Positions 50,607 through 62,991 of a stretch of DNA of 64,000 nucleotides are shown here, piece after piece. The translations under genes and the position numbers were made by a program. The DNA comes from Podarcis liolepis (Eukaryota), in NCBI GenBank assembly GCA_965112155.1, contig OZ218098.1; one strand, written 5' to 3'. The notes beneath the pieces are model-generated. The model saw only the letters and a list, made by a program, of their open reading frames with translations, was not told where the DNA came from and did not search any database. Each line of letters opens with the position of its first letter. Positions within the stretch are counted from its first letter, which is position 1.

Positions 50607-52160
50607 GTAAGAAAACTTGAATATCATTTTAACATGGGCAGTTGCTTTTGTCTTGTCTCAAATACTGGATCAGGCAAGGTCTAGAAATTGGGGAGGGCTG
50701 CTAACAACATTATGCAGTCTAGCTTTTACTAGAATTCCACTGCTTGATGGGCTAGCAAAGGCGATTACTGCGCTTATCACAAATTAGTTGTACTTTAACT
50801 GTTGAAAGATCCAAAGTATGCACTCTTGGTATGCACTCTTGGTATTTAGCTCTAATTGTGCATATTTGGGATCTTTTAAGGCACAACTAATTGTGATAAG
50901 CGATCCCAGGTATGTAATCTCGCTTAACAGCACAGGATGCACCTTTGCTGTTTAAACCAAAACCCACCTAATTCACTGTTTTTTTGCAAGAAACACAGCA
51001 ACCTGTTAGCTCTCAGTGGGCCGCTGGAAACTTATTGGTGGCCCAGTGGAGAGAAATTAGACCACAGTCTGTCTTCTGCCCACTCCCTGCCATAAAGGAC
51101 TACAGCAGCTGCAGAAAGCATGGTAGTTCCCTAAACTTATTGGTACTTAAATCGTCGGTTAGAGCCGCAGTATGTCTTACCGGTTTTGGAGGAACCGACC
51201 TGTTCATTTGCAGTTTGTCATTGTAAGTTTCCAGCGCTCCTTTGGATGTTTCTGAAAAACATTCTAGCTGCTTGTGCTCAGGGCCATAGCTGGAGTTTTA
51301 AAAGGGAAAGGAAACCAGCTGGGTTTTCCTCTTTGCTTGCATGAATAAATGTGTACCTCTTTGGAAGCAGGTCGCTGGTGCTTTTTGTCCTCCTAGCTCC
51401 CTACTTGGTAGATCGCTTTGTCAACACAGCTATATAAACTTTTGCTTCTAGGTAACAGGAAGCTTCCCTTGCTGTTGTGGTTACCTGTTCTGTGAGGCGA
51501 GTGTGTCTGTGCATGGTTATGCCTAGTTGCCATAGCTCACTCCTGTTCATCTTGTAAAAAAGGTGAATCTAGGACTGGTGACTTTGAAATGTCATTGGAG
51601 GGGGGAAATGGAAGCACTTGAACAGTGATTGTTTGTTTCTTGTTTGTCCTACTCAGGGGAAAGTATGAGATAATTACGGGGTATCAAACCGCCTGCTTTT
51701 CATAACAACCATTCGGGAAATGAATTATTTGTTTCTAGAAACGGAGGATCAAATCACATCTGCACATAGGACAACAATAGGCAAATTTAAAAATAATAAT
51801 AATTTAGAAACCTGTGTAACCTGTTGCACAAATTAGATCTAAGCTACACCCTACCTGGCTGCAGATATATATGTCTGTTGCCCGTGTTAAAAGCCAATAA
51901 GGAATTTTAAATATGTATTTAGATGGGGATTTTGGGGGTGGTGCAATACTCTTCTGCCCCCCCCCCCCAAGTTATATCACTTCTTCCCTGCTTTTAAGAA
52001 GCCAGCAACATGCAAAGTAATTTCGTTCTGGTAACGTTAATGAGGTTCTCGTGCATCTGTGTTGATCCGCGCGTTCCGTCACATGACCCAGACAATCAAT
52101 CTTCAGGCAGAGATTGGGAGGAACAGCTGGGCTTTTGCAGGAGACGGCTGTATGTCTGCC

Positions 52161-52331
52161 CTTGCTAGGCGATTAGCGTGATGGTAACCATAGCGACTAG
52201 AACGTCTCCATAGCAACGCATAGCTGAGACAGGTGCAGTTGCATCACAAGGCTGTTGCCTGGCAAAAGGACAGGCCATTAGTACTAAGATATACGCTGTT
52301 GCCTTGGTAACGGATAACCCTACATAGCAAC
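52161..52331. promoter_or_regulatory. Dense RFX X-box cluster (candidate intronic enhancer)
   Basis: GTAACCATAGCGAC (52184), GTCTCCATAGCAAC (52204), GTTGCCTGGCAAA (52254), GTTGCCTTGGTAAC (52298) and CATAGCAAC (52323) within 170 bp; CpGs retained; no TE recognised. Confidence 0.65.
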
Positions 52332-52647
52332 TACAGTGGACTTGCAGCATTTTTACCCTCCTGATTAAAGAAAATAATAATAATAAGAGACATTCTACCA
52401 GGTTGTTGTTGTTGTTGTTGTTTTAATCTATGATCAGCAGCACCGGGAGCTCTCACTGCCAGGGTATCTGTTGCTAAAAGGTGTACTGAATGTGAGATTG
52501 AGCACTGATGACAGAAGGAGGTGAAGAGCTGCGCCTAAGGAATTGATACTAGCTGTAGCAAGTTGAATATTGGAGGTTAAGGCAGCCATCTCATGTTTGC
52601 CACCATTGAACTTAATGAGGTTTATGTCTTGGTAGACATTATTAGTT

Positions 52648-53003
52648 GGGACGTGGGTGGCGCTATGGGTTAAGCCACAGAGCCTAGGACTTGCCGATCA
52701 GCTGGTCGGCGGTTCAAATCCCCGCGATGGGGTAAGCTCCCGTTGCTCGGTCCCTGCTCCTGCCAACCTAGCAGTTCGAAAGCACGTCAAAGTGCAAGTA
52801 GATAAATAGGTGCTGCTCCAGCGGGAAGGTAAACGGCGTTTCCGTGTGCTGCTCTGGTTCGCCAGAAGTGGCTTAGTCATGCTGGCCACATGATCCGGAA
52901 GCTGTATGCCGGCTCCCTCGGCCAGTAAAGCGAGATGAGCGCCGCAACCGCAGAGTCAGTCACGACTGGACCTAATAATGGTCAGGGTCCCTTTACCTTT
53001 ACC
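52648..53003 (+). mobile_element. Sauria SINE, full length
   Basis: Head and tail motifs; perfect 14-bp TSD TAGACATTATTAGT (52633-52646 / 53004-53017). Confidence 0.92.
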
Positions 53004-53216
53004 TAGACATTATTAGTAGCAGCAGCAATAGTGAGATCAAGCATTTTTGCCCTGCTCTTTAGTAAAAGGTTTCCAGAGTTCTATAGGCAGGTCTGTGCTC
53101 AGGCTTACATTCTAAAATACATGACATACAAGGGGAAAGGGATGGAGAGGGAGGAGGAAAAAAGCAAGTTAGGGCACTAGTTCTTGACGACCACCTGGGA
53201 AGAAAACAGTTTAGGG

Positions 53217-53697
53217 CAGAGATTTTCAACCTTTTTGAATCCATGGCTCCCTGGACCAACTACATTATTTCTGCGGCAACCCTGTGAGGCTCAGGAGCCC
53301 AGTTATACCCCCCCTTGCCCTTTTCCAAACACCTTCCCTTGTGGAGTGTTCCCTCAGCCTCCTCTCCTCTCCCCTTTCTTGGGGAGTCCTCTGGCCTGTT
53401 GGAACTGCCGCTTCTGGTCTCTGAGCTGCCCCCTCTACCCCCAAAGAGAGCTGCCTCCTTACACAGGGGCCTGGGAAGCACCCCCTGGCCGGCCCCAGAG
53501 GCACCATTCGCCTGGGGAGCTTGTAGCCAGGGCTGCTGCAACAAACAGCTGTGCAAGCCTTTGGGAGGCAGAGATGTGAGAGGGCATCAGAGGAGGGAGA
53601 GAAGGAAAGAAGGCCGGAGGCCAGTGTTGCCCATAGCACATCCTAACCATCATTCAAGGCAGCCAGGGTCCCACAGCACACTGGTTGAAAACCTCTG
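53217..53697. mobile_element. Non-autonomous hAT element
   Basis: CAGAGATTTTCAACC...GGTTGAAAACCTCTG; TSD GTTTAGGG/GTTTAGCG. Confidence 0.82.
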
Positions 53698-53739
53698 GTT
53701 TAGCGAGCCTGAGGGTGGAATGGCTGCAGTTAGGTGATA

Positions 53740-53930
53740 CAGTGGTACCTCGGGTTAAGGACTTAATTCGTTCCGGAGGTCCGTTCTTAACCTGAAACTG
53801 TTCTTAACCTGAAGCACCACTTTAGCTAATGGGGCCTCCTGCTGTCGCTGCGCCACCAGAGCACGATTTCTGTTCTCATCCTGAAGCAAAGTTCTGTAAC
53901 CTGAAGCATATGTAACCCAAGGTACCACTG
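53740..53930. mobile_element. Tigger-like MITE
   Basis: TA|CAGTGGTACCTCGGGTTA...TAACCCAAGGTACCACTG|TA. Confidence 0.85.
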
Positions 53931-54029
53931 TAGTTGGAGGGGGGACCCAAAGGCAACTGGTATCTGCAGAGGCAATGGAACAGTGCTGGTTCCCATCTCT
54001 ACTCTGTCCTGCAGCCTGATGGAGATGTA

Positions 54030-54271
54030 CAGTGGTACCTTGGGTTACAGACGCTCCAGGTTACAGACGCTTCAGGTTACAGGCTCCCCTAACCCAGAAA
54101 TATTACCTCGGGTTAAGAACTTTGCTTCAGGATGAGAACAGAAATTGTGCTCTGGCGGCGTGGTGGCAGCGGGAGGCCCCATTAGCTAAAGCGGCGCTTC
54201 AGGTTAAGAACAGTTTCAGGTTAAGAACGGACCTCCGGAACGAATTAAGTACTTAACCCGAGGTACCACTG
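54030..54271. mobile_element. Tigger-like MITE, inverted relative to 53740
   Basis: TA|CAGTGGTACCTTGGGTTA...TAACCCGAGGTACCACTG|TA. Confidence 0.85.
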
Positions 54272-54716
54272 TATATGGGTTTGTTTACACTGGCATATAT
54301 AAAATTGTGTTGTTAATACCTGCTTTATCCTCCCAAACGTGCCCCCCCCCAGTAAATTCCACAATAGTCTCTTTGATGTTTGTGTTTTTTCCCTGTATCC
54401 CTCCCTGAATTAGTCACCAATCTGCTCTGGCCCAAAGTAACTAAATGTTTTGTAGCCTGACCTTATAGAGCCACAACAGTACAAGCCAAGACTTACGCTA
54501 CAGCAGAACAACAGCAATATCTTATCTCTGCCATGCATAGCTGGACCCTAAGTGGCACTCACAGTTTGGGAGGGCAGGAGAGAACTGTCAGGGACAAAGG
54601 CATTTAAGAGGGTGCATGGATGGGTCCGAATTTTATCCACACCAACTCGGCACATGAAGCTGCTGCAGGGCTTGGCTATGGTGTCATTTACTGGCATAGT
54701 AGTTGTCTGTTTAGAA

Positions 54717-54852
54717 CAGGCACCTCCAAACTGTGGCCCTCCAGATGTTTTGGCCTACAACTCCCATAATCCCTAGCTAACAGGACCAGTGGTCAGGGAT
54801 GATGGGAATTGTAGTCCAAAACATCTGGAGGGCCGAAGGTTGGGGGTGCCTG
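54717..54852. mobile_element. hAT-type palindromic MITE
   Basis: CAGGCACC...GGTGCCTG, perfect 8-bp TSD GTTTAGAA. Confidence 0.85.
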
Positions 54853-54863
54853 GTTTAGAACTA

Positions 54864-55228
54864 CCGTATTTTTTGCACCATAACACTCACTTTTTTCCTC
54901 CTAGAAAGTAAGGGGAAATATCTGTGCGTGTTATGGAGCGAATGCCTGCGGGTGGCAGGGGGGATCTGCTGCAGTCGTGAGCAGAGGATCCATGGTTCCC
55001 TTTCCTTCCCTCCTCTGTGGTTACAAAGCATGGATCCACATGGATCCTCAGGATTTTTGCATTGGGCTACTCCAAACTCACTGTCAGATCACATGTCTGT
55101 GGCCACAGCATGAACCACAAAAATCATATATCCACTATTTCATTTAGAATATTTTTTTTCTTGTTTTCCTCCTCTAAAAACTACGTGCGTGTTATAGTCT
55201 GGTGCGTGTTATAGAGCGAAAAATACGG
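54864..55228. mobile_element. Tc2-like MITE
   Basis: TA|CCGTATTTTT...GAAAAATACGG|TA. Confidence 0.8.
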
Positions 55229-58200
55229 TAGTTGACTACGGTGATTAAGAACCCTGTGAGATGGGAAGATCCCAGCTCCCTTATGGGAAGGACTCCTGGT
55301 GATCCTGGTTATAACAAAATCTTGTCCCTGTGACTTTATTGATGTGCTTTTGTTATTTGTAAATCACCGTGGAATAATTTGTAATCAATTAACATTCCCC
55401 CCACCTCCTCAAGTTGCTGTCAAGGCTTTTTTTAAGCCAGAACTAAGTTCCGGCACCTCTTAGGTGGGCGCCATTGCCATTCTCAGAGAACATGGGAGGT
55501 GTTCATGAAGAGTTCTGGCCCCTCTTTTTCTAGAAAAATAGCACTGGTTGCCAATGTTATATAGATAACTGGACCACATTATTTCAAAGGTGCCCTTCTA
55601 TGGAGGCCTTTGCAGAGCTTGTGTTAAGATCGGGGTGGGAATTTTGTTAGAATAAAGTTATAAACTGAAACAAAAAAGTAGCCAGTCCCTGGCCCCTTAC
55701 AGGCCTGCTTTCATGGATAGAAGGTGCTTTTGGAGCCCTCCATTAATGGAAGAGATGGTGGTTTTCACTTATTTCCCCCTTTTCCACCAGTGTTAGAAAC
55801 TGGGATAGAAAAGCTAGGAGCCAAATGCCTCCTGGGACCTGGGTTGTGGGCGCCAAAACAGAGTGTCTAGTTGCCATTGGGGGGTGGGGTTCGGCAACAC
55901 TTTCTATTTATTACTTTGATATTACACAATTCACATAAGTGACACAGTATCACAGTTTTAAGAGAAATTGTTAATCCATGTTTAATTTGGAGTTTACAGT
56001 AAAAAATATTCGTACTGTACCTCAGTTTTCAAAACACTCTACCCTTTATTGTTAAACTCCTTAACGTATTGTCTATCCTTAACATATACTTCAAGGCTTC
56101 AAAGCACATACATTTCAGTAATCCTTGAGTGTCAGCCAGGCACAAAAAAAATTGCACCCAGACTTTTTTAGGTGCTCTCAAATGGAGAATCTTTAGGTGC
56201 AAAAAGCACCTGGCGCCCTGCTAATTTCTAACCCTGCTTTCCACACCCTTGCTGTTCTGGATTTTTTTTTTTCATGATGGGTGGGGGAGAACGCCTTTGG
56301 AGAGGTTACCCTGAGCTCCTCAGAGGAAGGGCAGAATAAAAATGCAATAAAAGTATGTACAGCACCCCCACCCCACCCCTGCGACCACAATCCCTCATGC
56401 TTGGGTCGGGTCTAAAACATTTATTGCCAGGTAGAAGCTTAAAGCAGAATGTGTGTCATAAACATCAACCACTGCTAGAACCTTCACTTCGGCTGCCAAA
56501 TCCAGGCCAAAGGGAAGAAGGAGTCTGAATAATGTTTCCAAATGTGCCTCTGGCAATTTGGGACCAGGTTACCTAAAGATCACCTGCCCCTGTATAGACC
56601 TGTAAGACCACTTAGATTATCTGGGGGAAATTCTGTTCATGGCATTGCACCCCACTGAATGCCATACAGCAGTGACCCCCCCAAACCAGGCATTTTCTGT
56701 TATTGTCCATGTGTTATTCTGTTATTGTCCCTTCCCTCTGCCATATGTGAAGCAACAACCATCAGTTGCATCAGACATCTTGTAAAGACTTCTTTTTTAG
56801 CCCAGACTTTCCGTCACCCGTAAGGTCAGACTCTATTTTATGCATTTGAATCCCCTGAATGCCTATTTTATTTGTTTTTAATATGCTTTTATGCTGTTGT
56901 TTAATTGGTCTTGGGTTCTATTTTTGTTTTAATAGTTTTGTTTTGAAATGCACACCACATAAGAAAATTTACAAACACCAAGCAGTTTACAAATGCTTTT
57001 AACTAAACTAAGTCAGTCATTGGGAGAAGCACCTCTGGGTGCCGTTGCTGCCTGGCCCCTTAATTTTCCGCGTGAAATCAGATTGAAGAGGAGGTTTCTG
57101 AAGGACAATTCATTTTTAGGCTTTATAGGAACTGCCGTCTGCTATACCTGTCTTGGCAACTTCTCAGCTTTTTTATTTGAATGCTGTGAACTGTCCTTGG
57201 GGTGTACTTGAAGGCTGCTCAGAAACATCACCAGGTGCCAAATTCTGCCTGCAGTGAATACACTAATTATTTATGTATGTGTTTATTTCAGGTGCTTATA
57301 TTCCACTTTTTGTCAAGCAGTGACCAAAGCAGTCTCCAATTTATTAAGCCAGAACACCGTAATTTGAAAATTTATAAAATGCCACTAAAACCACCAACAA
57401 TTTAATTTATAATAAAAATAACTATTGCAGAACAACCCCCTCCCCCTCAACTCAGAGCAATCCAAATCTTACTTCAGACTAGCACTGAAGGAATTTCAGT
57501 GGCTGATGCCCAGACACAACTTGAGGAAGTGCATTTGACCTTCTCAAAGCCCTAACAAGCTTAGATTGGGCAGATTTTTGAGCTTATCTGCTCCCATGTG
57601 AACCTCCTGGTGATCTTCTGGTGATGCTTTGTTGGTTGTTCCATGTGCCACCTCCTCCGTGGATTTGGCTGATAGCGTCCTTGCGCGAAGTTTTCAAGAA
57701 AAAAGATGGGATATGAGTCTAAATAACTAGTTGCCGGAGAACAATAGCAGCTAGTTGCCCGTTGTGGGAAATGGAATGCCAGACTCAACAAGGCAGATGT
57801 GGGGAACGTTTGACCCTCCAGATGTTGCCAGACTACAATTCCCATTGGCCATGCTTGTGAAGCCGATACAGGTTGTAGTACAGCAACATCTGGAAGGTCA
57901 GAGGTTCCTCACACCCGCAGTAGGCCTCTTATCCACCAGGAATCTTAGATAATTTCAACCAACAGCTGGAGTGACCTTGAGTGGAGTTAACGGTAGAAAC
58001 GAGCGCTCATGCTTTGCACATGTAAGTTTCTAGGTTCAGTCCGTGACATCCACAGTTAAAAAGGATCTTAGGAACATGAGAAGCTTGTCAGTGCCTTGTA
58101 CTGAATCTGACCATTGGGCTGGCTTTCCTACCCTTACCTGGAGATGCCACAGAGTTAACGCAGGACCCTTTCCGTGCAAAACATCTGCTCTACCGTTAAG

Positions 58201-58314
58201 CTGTAGGTTCTGCTATAACATGGAAGAGTCTTTGCCAATCAGGCTTGCTGTTGCTAAATTCACCAGTGGCTTGACTTTGTGTTAAGCCAGCTACTTATTT
58301 GAATCATGCCATTC

Positions 58315-58445
58315 AATAATAATAATAATATTTTATTATTATTATTATTTATTTGTACCCCACCCATCTGGCTGGGTTTCCCCAGCCACTCTGGGCGGCC
58401 TCCAACAAAGATTAAAAATACATTAAAATGTCACACATTAAAAAA
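58315..58445 (-). mobile_element. L2 LINE 3' end
   Basis: Reverse complement of the 3' tail seen at 30640-30712 (CCCATCTGGCTGGGTTTCCCCAGCCACTCTGGGCGGC). Confidence 0.8.
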
Positions 58446-59206
58446 TTCCAAGGAGTTTGAAACCGTTGGAACTGGGTTTCCTTCGGGCTTGGGTTTCATT
58501 AGTATTTCCTCCCTCCCTCTGTAACTGATCCAACCTCCTCAGAGGGGTCTGGAAGGGTCTGAGTTAGAATTGATTAACGGATCTGATACTCTCTCATCAA
58601 CAAGCTATAGGAGTGGCTTTCTCAGCACTGAAAGTAACTTTCCCACTTTAGGTGGTTAAATTAACAAAGCAAGGAAGATAGCATTATACCCAGGGGCTGT
58701 GGGTATCAGCCCCGCCCCGCTCTGATTAGATCTTGTACTTTTCTTTTAGAATTGGGGGTGGTGAACCTAGACCTATGTCTTGCTGTTTGTTTGTTTTATG
58801 GTCCCTCTGAATATTCAGTTCCCCCTTGTTTTCTCTCTCTGTATGTGCCAGAGGTGGGGAACCAGGTACCAAACGCTGGCCTTCAGTACTCTCCTCAGGC
58901 CACACACCCCTCCCCAACCACACCTCAAACTAACCATGCTTCACACCTTTCTTGCATGTCTTTGCCTGGCTAGAATGTGCCCTTAAACTTTGGATAATGA
59001 TTTTTGCTGACCGGCTGGAGCATGGAAATGGGTGTGTGCAGAAACTTGGCTTCTGGACAAAATGTACATTCATAGCTCTGCCTGCTCTGGCCTCTGATCC
59101 CACACACCACTCACAAGTTGCTCAGAAAGGAGTGTGTCTGAAAACAGGCTCCCTGCTCCTACTGTACTCATTTAAGTAGCTGCACCATGTATCCTAGAAA
59201 ATAGAC

Positions 59207-59339
59207 CAGGCATAGGCAAACTTGGCCCTCCAGATGTTTTGGGACTACAATTCCCATCCCTGACCACTGGTCCTGTTAGCTAGGGATGATGAGAGTTGTA
59301 GTCCCAAAACATCTGGAGGGCCGAGTTTGCCTATGCCTG
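59207..59339. mobile_element. hAT-type palindromic MITE
   Basis: CAGGCATAGGCAAACT...AGTTTGCCTATGCCTG, perfect 8-bp TSD AAATAGAC. Confidence 0.9.
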
Positions 59340-60867
59340 AAATAGACTCTAGTTCACACAAGTTTATGCCAGTGAAAATGCTTTTAAGATGCTACAGGCA
59401 GTCTTACTATAAGAAGGCACAATTCGTTTCTTTTGAAACATTCCTATCCTGAATTTTCCTTAACTGGGCATAAAAAGAATAAATTACGAAAGGTGTTAAA
59501 AATAAAATTGCCATACTTTCCCTTCCCTCATTTGGAAAACTCGAGCAGTCCTTGGCATTTTAAGCAATTTCTAGTTAAGATTCTGGGATATTGGATTACC
59601 TCCTGATTGGTAAAGCACTTCATTTCTCGTTTACTGAAATTGCTAATGCTAGTGCCGTTGCACAAAGGGGCTTCTGGGAAGCTGTTAAAAGACGCAATTT
59701 GATGTTGAAATAATTTCACCAAATGCTGGCTGTCAGTTCTTCAATAATGGACGTGCTTATCTATATAACTTTGTGTGTATATAGGAGAAACATTCAGCTT
59801 GTCCAAATTGTCTTGTGCTGGAAACTTGTATAACTAGTTTTCAGAAACAATTAGTGTCTCCAAAGGAGGAGCAGGCTCCCATTTGCCAGTCAGCGTTTTG
59901 TAAGAAGTTGCAAAGTGAAATTGTGGTTTTAGGTGTGCAGATGCTATCTTCAAAGGAAAGTTGCGTGGCAGCATTCCATCGCCTCCCGCAAAGCTCCGAA
60001 AGACCGACACCTGAAATTAATAACTGACTGAAATTAATAAACTACACGCAGAATAACTTTTAATTCCCCCAATATTAAGATGCCTCTAGGGGGCTGGATT
60101 AACTGAAGGAATTACAAGGTTTATACAGCTCTGCTGGCAGGATCCCGTGGAGGCAAATTGACCCACTGTTTGTGTCTTTCAAACCTCGCAGAGAAACAAA
60201 TATTGAGGTTTGTCGCCAACTGTTCCAGAGCTCATTCTGCTGAATACTTAGCTGCCATCCATTGTTTTCTATTATAGTTTTCTGCGACATTTTGGAGCAG
60301 CGACAGCATCAGAACACAGGACTCTGCCACATGCTGGATGCTATTGAACACTATAGCTCTGCTCATGCGACAGACATCTCTGTATCCTCTCCCTCTTTGT
60401 CCCTTCCAGTGCCTCACATACCCTTAAAATCGGTTCCATAGGGCTGCAGGATCCTTCAGAGCAGATTTGAGGGCATGTGGGAAAAGAGTATATGAAAGTC
60501 CCATTGTTCATGTGGATTTTCAATCATGCAGCATTGGATGCAAACCACTGAATTTTCCCAGTCTGGTGCCGTCCAGATGTTTTGGACTACACCTTCCATC
60601 AGCCCCATCCAGAACTCTGGTCATCACTAACCTTTGGAAGGTACCAATTTGGGAAACTATGGTCTAAACAAGAGGCATACAGCCTAAGGAGCACATTCCC
60701 TAGTGAGCAGCCTTCTGTGTGCCTGCATATGGGTGGTGGGAACAAGTGAGTCGCGAGCAATGGGTGCAATTTTTGTACATTAAGCTATATTCCAGCCACC
60801 CAAATTCAGAGGTTTCTACACATAACAAACAGCACATCACCCAAAATTTGGAGACATGCTAAAGGTA

Positions 60868-61385
60868 GACCTCACCTGGAGTACTGTGTCCAGTTCTGGG
60901 CACCACAGATCAAGAAGGACACTGACAAACTGGAACGTGTCCAGAGGAGGGCAGCCAAAATGGTCAAAGGCCTGGAAACGATGCCTTATGAGGAACGGTT
61001 AAGGGAGCTGGGCATGTTTAGCCTGGAGAAGAGGAGGTTAAGGGGTGATATGATAGCCATGTTCAAATATATAAAAGGATGTCATATAGAGGAGGGAGAA
61101 AGGTTGTTTTCTGCTGCTCCAGAGAAGCGGACACGGAGCAATGGATCCAAACTACAAGAAAGAAGATTCCACCTAAACATTAGGAAGAACTTCCTGACAG
61201 TAAGAGCTGTTCGACAGTGGAATTTGCTGCCAAGGAGTGTGGTGGAGTCTCCTACTTTGGAGGTCTTTAAGCAGAGGCTTGACAACCATATGTCAGGAGT
61301 GCTCTGATGGTGTTTCCTGCTTGGCAGGGGGTTGGACTCGATGGCCCTTGTGGTCTCTTCCAACTCTATGATTCTGTGATTCTGT
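60868..61385 (+). mobile_element. CR1 LINE 3' end, young, ORF2 C-terminus intact
   Basis: [11 protein letters not shown]...[31 protein letters not shown]...[23 protein letters not shown]; terminal CTATGATTCTGTGATTCT. Confidence 0.93.
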
Positions 61386-62344
61386 AACCAAAGCAAAGTC
61401 ACACAGCAGCAGCAGTAGCAAGGAATAGCTCTTGGAAAGAAAAAACCCAAAGATAGGGGGGGAAAATACATAACTGCAGACCTCTTGGGGAAAGAGAATG
61501 CCATCCATTGTGTGAGAACTGGAAGATGGGGGGCGTTTTTAAGTGTTGCTACCTCTCCTGAGCCTTATAAGGGGTCAGACATATTAGTTAGAATTTGAAC
61601 CAATAGAACAAAAATCCACCCACATTGTCCTTCTGAACTTACACTGTAAATAAAGCAAAGTTATATGATTGCATTTTCCTTAGCAGCTGATGCCATTGCT
61701 GAAGTCAACACTGTTTAAAGTTAACTTCTGGGAAATACACCTATTTGCAGTGTTTGTAATGTATCCCCACAGAATGTATATCCTTCCTATAAAAAGTGTT
61801 TGCAGAGCTAAAGCAAAGCTATTGACTCACTGGCTGACTTCTCTTTGTAACTTTCTGATGTCCCAACGTTCATTTTCTTTCCTCAGAACAAATTCTTTCG
61901 GTTGTAAAAAAAAAGAAAGAAAAGAAAACATGCTTGCACTTAACAAGGAAATGGGAAAATCTTTCAAAGTAGCTTTCCTTTCAGAAAAAGAAACAGCATT
62001 TTGCATCATCCCACATAATTCAAAATATATGCTATCAAAGTAAGTGCCAATACATAATAGTTTGGGTGAAATGCACTGTATTCATCTTTTCTCATATCCG
62101 TATCATAGCTCTTAAATCTCAAAGGTTGGCTTGACGGAGACAGTAATAATAGTTGTAAAAGGCTTTCTGTGCTGAGTTTGGCAGTGTTTTCCTTTAGCCC
62201 CTTCCCACCCCACAAATCAACCAAAATGATCTTGGGGTTAGAGGACGTTCTCTTCAATTTGGCTGTTTTCGTGTGTGTAGGCAAAAGGCAGCCAGGGTGG
62301 CAGACTTGACATAGACACTTAGAAAATTAGGCATGTTGCAGTTA

Positions 62345-62390
62345 TTTGTTTGTTTGTTTGTTTGTTTGTTTGTTTGTTTGATTGATTGAT
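62345..62390. repeat. (TTTG)n/(TTGA)n microsatellite
   Basis: Seen directly. Confidence 0.9.
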
Positions 62391-62855
62391 TTCTGGTTAG
62401 AGGAATGTTTCTCTCTCCCCCCCCCCCCCCAATGTTTCAACTCTGAATCATCCATTTGAAACTGGTTGGCAATAGATTAAGGGCAGAAAATGTATAGCCA
62501 GCTTACAGAATTCCTTGCCTCAAGATGTTGTGACAGCCGCTAGTCTTCGATAGGCTTAGGTGGAAATGTATGGAAGGCAAACCTACTAATGGGAATCTCC
62601 CAAGTCCTACTTTAGGAGACAGGATGCTGGACTGATCTAACTGAGCTGCTTTTCCTCTTCTTCTTTCAGCTTAGTTTGGAATAAAAAGCCTTTGTTTCAT
62701 TTTGATGCTTTCCCCCACTCCAACTTCTGAATTTGGTGAATTGATCAGCCTCTAAGATAAAGTATTTTTAAAAACTTCTGAGTTGATCCTTAAGCTGCTA
62801 GCTGCATTCTTGTGCTGAGTCTCAAAACCAGCTCACTCAAGATTATATCCTGTAT

Positions 62856-62991
62856 CAGGCATAGGCAAACCCAGCCCTCCGGATGTTTTGAGACTACAAT
62901 TCCCATCATCCCTGACCACTGGTCCTGTTAGCTAGGAATGATGGGAGTTGTAGTCCCAAAACAGCTGGAGGGCCGAGTTTGCCTATGCCTG
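62856..62991. mobile_element. hAT-type palindromic MITE (family of 59207)
   Basis: CAGGCATAGGCAAAC...GTTTGCCTATGCCTG; TSD TCCTGTAT/TCCTATAC. Confidence 0.85.

Noticed and set aside
50816-50845. Short tandem duplications (also ~50005, ~56696, ~60011)
   Set aside because: Ordinary slippage duplications of 13-17 bp.
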